A stretch of DNA of 47,271 nucleotides from Candidatus Bathyarchaeota archaeon. Its GTDB lineage: Archaea; Thermoproteota; Bathyarchaeia; 40CM-2-53-6. A model generated the notes under the pieces. It did not search any database, was not told the origin of the DNA, and saw nothing but the letters and a program-made list of their open reading frames with translations. The translations under genes and the position numbers were made by a program. Below, in pieces: positions 40,168 to 47,271 of this stretch (positions are counted from its first letter, which is position 1; every line of letters begins with the position of its first letter). Location: contig CAVPLU010000017.1 in NCBI GenBank assembly GCA_963706285.1, positions 1-47,271 on the forward strand, written 5' to 3'.

Positions 40168-40605
40168 CTAGAGATCAGCCTGAACGCGTTCGCTTGTTCC
40201 GTAAGAGGTACCACGGAAGTGAGCAATTGCCACACCCTGTTGATTAGTGACTGTGACATCGTAGATTCCTATTCTTCCAGTGAGTAATCTCTCTTCTGCC
40301 GTTGCAGTGAGTGTATCCCCCTTCACCGCGCTAGCTGAATAATTGATGTTGCAGGTGAGGGCTAGCGTTTTTCTGTTACGCGAATTGCAAGCATACGAGA
40401 ATGCTACGTCTGCCAAAGTGAAAGTGATACCGCCATGACAAATGCCGAAACCATTCAACATGTCTTCCCGCACTTTCATTAGCACTTTCGCAAAGCCAGG
40501 TCTTATGATCTCAAGTGTTATGCCGAGAGCTTGAGCTACATTATCCGATTTGTTCATGGCAATTCCGATACACTCTGCAATGCGCTGCGCTTCATCGCTT
40601 TCCAT
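40168..40605 (-). CDS. paaI: PaaI-type hot-dog acyl-CoA thioesterase
   Basis: MLNGFGICHGGITFTLADVAFSYACNS and GIYDVTVTNQ...AHFRG. Confidence 0.92.
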   Translation of the reverse strand: MESDEAQRIAECIGIAMNKSDNVAQALGITLEIIRPGFAKVLMKVREDMLNGFGICHGGITFTLADVAFSYACNSRNRKTLALTCNINYSASAVKGDTLTATAEERLLTGRIGIYDVTVTNQQGVAIAHFRGTSYGTSERVQADL

Positions 40606-40669
40606 TGGTTATCTCAAGGCTCAGGAAGAGCTACTGTTCTATGAAGCGTACGGTCACCAGTTCAACTGA

Positions 40670-41254
<585 letters not shown>

Positions 41255-41960
41255 CCGATACGAGCCATAGACGAGCAGCATTTTCAGACTGAATTGGAAT
41301 GAACTGGAACGACGAGGAATCAAATTGACCGAGAATACACGCTGGCCCAGAAGCTAGTCGCATCCTGTCCGGAGCCTATGGCGTGGCCCTCCATCTATGT
41401 CGTCATCTATCATGCATGAATGTAGGGACGAATAGGAGATTAGGAGGCGGGGATCTGTGGAGCTTTGATGGCTTAAAGGATTCAAGTCCTGTTGAATTGC
41501 TCATAGGCGAGCATCATTATTCTACGCGAGAAACAGTAACGTGCGGGAGCGCTTTGCTGAGCTGCTCTAGTAGGAGCCATGGAATCGTAATGTGGGTCTT
41601 TGGATATAGCGCGATGTGTGTTCAGACACAACGTACGCGGAATAGCAAGACGCTGCTTCTGTAACGATTGCCAAAGGAAGTTCTCTATCCCCATGTTGAG
41701 AACACAGGTTCGGCAAAACCGGCGGAATTAACGTGGCTCCTTAACGAGATAGGGATGCTGATCTAGAAATTGACCGATCTTCTGCTTGAAATAGACAGCA
41801 GAATCATGACATTCAACTATCCTTCCGAAACAGCCAGAGGCTCATCCTGAGGCAGAGTCATGGACTTGACCTTCGGCTCCGAAAGCCCTATACTGAGAGG
41901 GAATCCACAAATCCTCTTGGCTGGTCTTGTAGGTCCCGGAGGCGAGAGAGGCGCGTCTTG

Positions 41961-43537
41961 ATGACGCCATCGACGATACAGGAACAGAAGAAAAGGACAT
42001 TGATTTTGAGAGCACGCTCTGGAAGGCAGCCGACAAGCTGAGAAAGAAGGTTGAGGTTCACGAATACAAGTACGTCGTTCTCGGGCTGATCTTCTTACGT
42101 TATCTCTCGTTTGCATTTGACGAACGGAGAAAGGTGCTCGAAAAGGAATTCTCTGATGCCAAAAGTGACAAGCATATCTCATCTGAGGAATTCAGAAAGC
42201 GAGCACTTGAGGACAAGGACTACTATTTGGCACAAGGCGTACTGTATGGTCCCCGGAAAAGGCACAATGGAGCTACTTGGTCAAGAATGCGACCCAGCCG
42301 AAGATTGGAGAACTACTCGACCAAGCCATTGAAGCCTTCAAGCATGAGTACTCGGGGCAGCTGAAGGATGTCGTACCCAAAATCTACACGAGCATCAATC
42401 TCGACGCGCTTGATCATGCGTACCTGATCGACCTGTTCTCTAAGATTGAGTTCGCAGACGACCACAAGCGGAAGGATATCTTCGGACGAATCTACGAATA
42501 TTTCCTCGGCAAATTCGCAGTGGCCGAGGGCGAGAGGGAGGTGAGTTCTCACACCCAGATCAGTAACAAAGTTGATGATCGAGATCCTCGACGTGAAATC
42601 GGGAAGGATTTTCGACCCGGCCTGCGGTAGTGGCGGTTTTTTTGTTTCTGCTCTTGAGAAATTCGCGTATGAAGAGATGGACAAGAACACGCTCACAATT
42701 TGTGGACAAGAGTCCAAGCCCATGCCTTGGAAAATATGCAAGATGAACTTGGCCTTGAGAGGAGCCGAGGGCGACATCAGGATTGGCGATTCATACCACG
42801 ATGACAAGTTCCCCGATCTAGGTGCAGATTATTTAGTTTCCAATCCACCTTTCAACGACAGCGGATGGGGAGCGGACCGGGTTACTTATGATGATCCGCG
42901 ATTCAAGAAATACGGAGTACCGCCTGATAACAATGGCAACTTTGCTTGGATTCAACATTTCATCCATCACACTTCATCGAACCGGCAAGGCCGCTTTCGT
43001 AATGTCAAACAGTGCGCTGTCCGGCGGCAATGCGGAGGCAGCGATTAGGAAGAAGATAGTTGAGGATGATCTCGTCTATGCGATAGTAGCATGTCCCCCT
43101 AAGCTCTTCTCAATGTGCCGCAACCCGTTTCTCTATGGTTCATCCGCAGGTCAAAACCAGTTCATGCCAAGCGCAAGGTTCTGTTTATCTACGCGAAGAA
43201 GATGTTCAAACCAATTTCGAGAAAACAGGTCGTCCTTACCGAGGATCACATAGCAACTATTGTCAACAAGTTCAGGATTTTCGAACGAGGCGACTCTGAC
43301 ACGCAGATCAACGAAACCGGATTTTTGCGAAAGTCGGAACAATCGATGAAATTGCCAAGAGAAACTATGTTCTCATCCCGGGACTTTACGTCGGAATCAA
43401 GTTGGACGAGGACAAACACCGTTCGAAGATCGGATGAAGGTCTACTCACATGAACTATCAGAACTGTTCACTCACGAGCAGAGTGTAACGGAGAAGATCC
43501 GAGAGACATTCAAGGCACTGGGATTTCCGGTGGGTGA
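41961..43537 (+). CDS. hsdM: Type I R-M N6-adenine methyltransferase subunit (several frameshifts)
   Basis: FESTLWKAADKLR...EYKYVVLGLIFLRY, DIFGRIYEYFLGKFA, FDPACGSGG (motif I), NPPFN (motif IV). Confidence 0.92.
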
Positions 43538-43540
43538 GCT

Positions 43541-44807
43541 ATGCCCAAGTTTCGACGCGAGACGGACCTCAACGAAACCGAAGTTGGGAGACATCCCCAG
43601 AGATTGGAAGACTTCTAAAATCGACGACTTGGCAGCTGTCACGAGCGGCGGGACGCCGTCAAGGAAGATAGACAAGTATTGGAAAGGCGAAGTAAACTGG
43701 CTGAAAAGCCAAGAAGTGAGAGATAGATTCGTCTATTCGACGGAGGAGAAGATCTCCAAGGAAGCGATGGAGAACAGCAGTGCTGACAAGCTCTACGATC
43801 CTGGAACAGTCGTCATCGCGCTCTACGGAGCTACCGCCGCCGAGGTGGCGACGCTAAAGACAACTTCAACAATGAACCAAGCTTTAGCTGCGCTGCAAGG
43901 ACACAAAGGACAGTGTGATAATCCCTTCTTGTTCTATACTCTTCTGGCAAGCAAAGAACGACTCCTGCTGAGCACAGCGGGAGCAGCTCAACAGAATCTC
44001 TACCTAGGAACAATCCGACAGTTCGTGGTACCGGCACCGAGGTACGACGAACAGCTGCGCATTGGGTCGATTCTTTCTCAGTTTGATGAGCTAATTGAGA
44101 ATAAGAAAAGGCAAAATGAGGTCCTAGAAGAAGCAGCAATTGCACTTTTCAGAAGCTGGTTTTTGAACTTCGATCATTTCAAAGATGGAGATTTCTTGGA
44201 CACCGAGCTGGGGAAGACTCCTGAAGGATGGAAGATAGATCGTACCACAAGAATCGTTGAGTTTGACCCCAGAGTGAGTCTTACAGAAGGACAAGAGTAT
44301 CCTTTTGTTGCGATGGAATCGGTTTCAACGAAATCGATGGCTTGTGAATACTCATTCAAGCGTTTCGAGGGCTCTGGTGTTAAGTTCCAAGGCGGTGATA
44401 CTTTGCTGGCAAGAATTACACCATCATTGGAAAATGGGAAGACCGCATTCGCTTGGTTCCTCGATAACGATCAGATCGGCTTTGGAACTACCGAATTCAT
44501 CGTGATGAGACCGAGTGACAGGGATTTCGAGGAATTCGTGTATTTGCTGGCAAGAACCAGCTCTTTCAGAGAGCATGCGATCAGCAGCATGAGCGGATCA
44601 ACCGGAAGACAAAGGGTTGAGAAAGAGGCGTTGGAGGCCTTCAAGATCGCTATTCCGCCACAACCTGTCAATCAAGAATTCCATTTATTTTGTTAAGCCG
44701 ATCCAGGATGCACTCTGAATGAGAAACAGATCTTGGTTCTGGAGAAAGTGGCAGAGGCACTGTTGCCTTTGCTTGTTTTCGGAAAGCTCAGAGTGGAGGA
44801 GATCTAG
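43541..44807 (+). CDS. hsdS: Type I R-M specificity subunit (frameshifts near both ends)
   Basis: MPKFRRETDLNETE/LGDIPRDW, SGGTPS...GAAQQNL (TRD1), coiled spacer, ELGKTPEGW, ARITPSLENGK...GSTGRQRV (TRD2), tail GKLRVEEI*. Confidence 0.9.
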
Positions 44808-44808
44808 C

Positions 44809-47271
44809 ATCGCACAGCTCAACGAAGACTATCTTGTAGAACAACCAGCGATAACGTGGCTGAACGAACTCAACTATTCGTACATCCATGGCTCGGAGCT
44901 TTCTCCAGAGAGCGGAGAGAGAGATCCTATCGAGATGTGGTGCTCAAGAAACGATTCATCACCGCTGTTAAGAACCTGAACCCTCAGACTTACCGAGGCA
45001 CAGCTACAGGAAGTCTACAAAAAGGTCACTGAAATTGACCACCCAGACTTTCTTATGAAAAGCAAATTGTTCTACGAGATGCTGACAAACGGCGTGAAGA
45101 TCACGGTAAAAGAAGCGCCCGCAGAGCGAAAGAGACTCGTGCGACTCGTTGACTTTGAAGATCCAGAAAACAACGAGTGCCTTGCCTCAAACCAGATAGT
45201 GGTAGAGCACCAGTACCACCACGGCTTTCACCGAAGACCCGACATGATCATTTTCATAAACGGTCTACCGTTGGTGATTATTGAATTCAAAAGCTTCAAC
45301 GCAGATGAAACTGCGAAGGATGCCTTTGATGACCATGTAAAGAAGAAGGAGGACATTCCACAGCTCTACGTCTACGCTCAGGTCTTAGTTGCAAGTGACG
45401 GGATCGAGACAAAATACGGTTCCAAGACGAGCGGATGGGACAGATTTTTCGTCTGGGAAGGCATTCTTGATGATGATGATATAGACGCAAGGAAAGTAGG
45501 AGAGAACCAATACGAGTACTTCTTCACACAAACAGGCCAAAGAATGGCTTCGCTAGAGATTCTTCTTCGAGGCCTGTTCAGGAAAGATCACCTGCTAGAG
45601 TATTTGGAGGACTTTGTGTTCTATGCTAAGAGCGGAGAGACATACGAAATCAAGATCGCGATGTATCACCAGTTCTATGTTGTGAGGAAATCCATAGAAA
45701 GAACGAAACAATCAGTTTTGCTCGGCAACACCCCTGAAGAGCGAAGAATCGGCGTCGTCTGGCACACTCAAGGCACAGGCAAGTCGCTTACAATGCTCTT
45801 TTACGCAAAGAAAGTCATGAAGAGAAGGAGCTTCCGAGTATCCCTCTTGCTCTTCATCACTGACAGAAACAATCTTGACGAGCAACTTTCCGATGAATTC
45901 GCTTCTTTGCCAATTGCGCACCAAGTAGAGAGCATCAAGGAACTCCAAGAAACAATTCGAACTAAGGCTGGGGGAATTGTGTTCGCAACTATTCAGAAGT
46001 TCGGAAAGAGGAAGGCGGACGAATACCCATTCCTAACAGACAAAGAACATTGTCATAATTGCGGATGAAGCGCACCGAAGCCAATACAAAGACCTCGCTC
46101 AGAACCTGAGGATTGCCATTCCCAATGCATCATTCATGGGCTTCACCGCGACGCCCATACAGTACGAAGACCGCTCAACGACACTAGTCTTCGGCGACCA
46201 TATCAGCATCTATTCCATGGACAAGGCCAGGAGGCAGGGCGTAGTTGTTCCGATTTTCTACGATGCAAGACTCTCCGAACTTCATCTGACAAATGAGTTC
46301 ATCGACGAGGAGTACGAAGACATTTCAGAGTCTGTTGCAATGGACCCAGCGACGAAGGAAGCAATCAAGAAGAAATTCGTCAACCTTGAAAAACTGATAA
46401 TGGTTGACAAGAGACTCGACGCGATTGCAGAAGATATCGTGGATCATTTCAACAAGAGAGTCGCTGAATTCAAAGGGAAGGCGATCATCGTTACAATCAG
46501 TCGAAAGGTTGCGGTCAAACTCTATGAGAAGATTTTGAAACAGGCGAATGTGCCTTCTGTCGCTGTCGTGATGTCCGGGAGCAGGCATGACGATCCAGAA
46601 GAATACTGGCCACACATTCGCGACAAGAAGGAGCTTGAGACGCTCGCTGATGATTTCACGAACCCGGAAGCTGACCCGCAAATAGCAATAGTCGTCGACA
46701 TGTGGCTCACTGGGTTCGATGCACCCTGTCTTCATACAATGTATTTTGACAAGCCGATGAAGGATCACTCACTGGTTCAGGCTATCGCGAGGGTAAACAG
46801 GGTCTTCAAGGACAAACCAGGCGGATTGATTGTCGACTACATAGGGATTGCAGATAATTTGAGAAAATCTCTTGCAATGTATACGATGCAGACTATTCGA
46901 GAGACACTCGTCGACATACAGGAAGTTCTCACGCAAATGAAGGAAAAGCACAACGCTGTGACTTCTCTCTTTCATGGCATAGAATATCAGGCGTGGAAGA
47001 AGATGAAGCCAGACCAACTGTCAACTCTGACCGCGCTATCGTACGACAGAATGAGCAAGGACCCGCAAGGCAAGAAGAAATTCGTCAGAAACTTTGTCGC
47101 GCTCAAGAAACTTTACGCTTTGGCGAGCCCTCACCCTGTAACTCTCTCAATTAAGGATGATGTCATCTTTTTCGAAATGATCAAGAAGATGATCGTGAAG
47201 TATTCCACTGCAAGGGTTCGGGATATTTCTCGAGAGCTGGAGTATGAGATTAACCAGCTGAGCAAATGGTG
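44809..47271 (+). CDS. hsdR: Type I R-M restriction subunit, 3'-partial, with frameshifts
   Basis: LNEDYLVEQPAITWL, RRPDMIIFINGLPLVIIEFK nuclease motif, WHTQGTGKS, ADEAHRSQY, GFTATP, DMWLTGFD, QAIARVNR. Confidence 0.93.

Noticed and set aside
41383-41694. Short ORFs in the spacer after the guaB remnant
   Set aside because: No recognisable motifs or protein-like composition, so they cannot be supported as genes.
43434-44696. Apparent HsdM-tail/HsdS fusion ORF (420 aa)
   Set aside because: Two compensating indels explain it: hsdM ends with TGA at 43537 and hsdS starts MPKFRRETD at 43541.

Overview
Archaeal-type chromosomal segment. The evidence is a split GMP synthase, IorAB, GGTGAGG Shine-Dalgarno sites, TATA-like promoters and many TTG/GTG starts; the content is Bathyarchaeia-like, but that lineage call is inference. 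The sequence looks like an unpolished long read, with many single-base frameshifts in otherwise intact genes. Left part (1-26 kb): NDH-2, pyruvate kinase, nikR divergent from an ECF S-component-like gene and an FmdE gene with a perfect GTATTA-N16-TAATAC operator, guaAB, glmS, several SAM methyltransferases and transporters (VIT1, EamA, MFS, KimA-like APC), a HerA/FtsK-like ATPase, and ccmF divergent from a secreted DUF2202 protein. A structured ~97-nt element between guaAB and glmS resembles an orphan IS110 left-end/bridge-RNA region. Middle (26-41 kb): an intact guaB, then a ~13-kb aryl-acid/2-oxoacid module (ACT protein, Liv-type ABC transporter, PaaK, IorAB, KorAB, PaaI), then a second copy of the 3' ~575 bp of guaB that differs almost only at synonymous sites. 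This is the architecture of an island inserted in guaB with a replacement gene end, but no integrase is visible. Right part (42-47 kb): a type I restriction-modification locus (hsdM-hsdS-hsdR) that runs off the window. No tRNA, rRNA or CRISPR array was seen.
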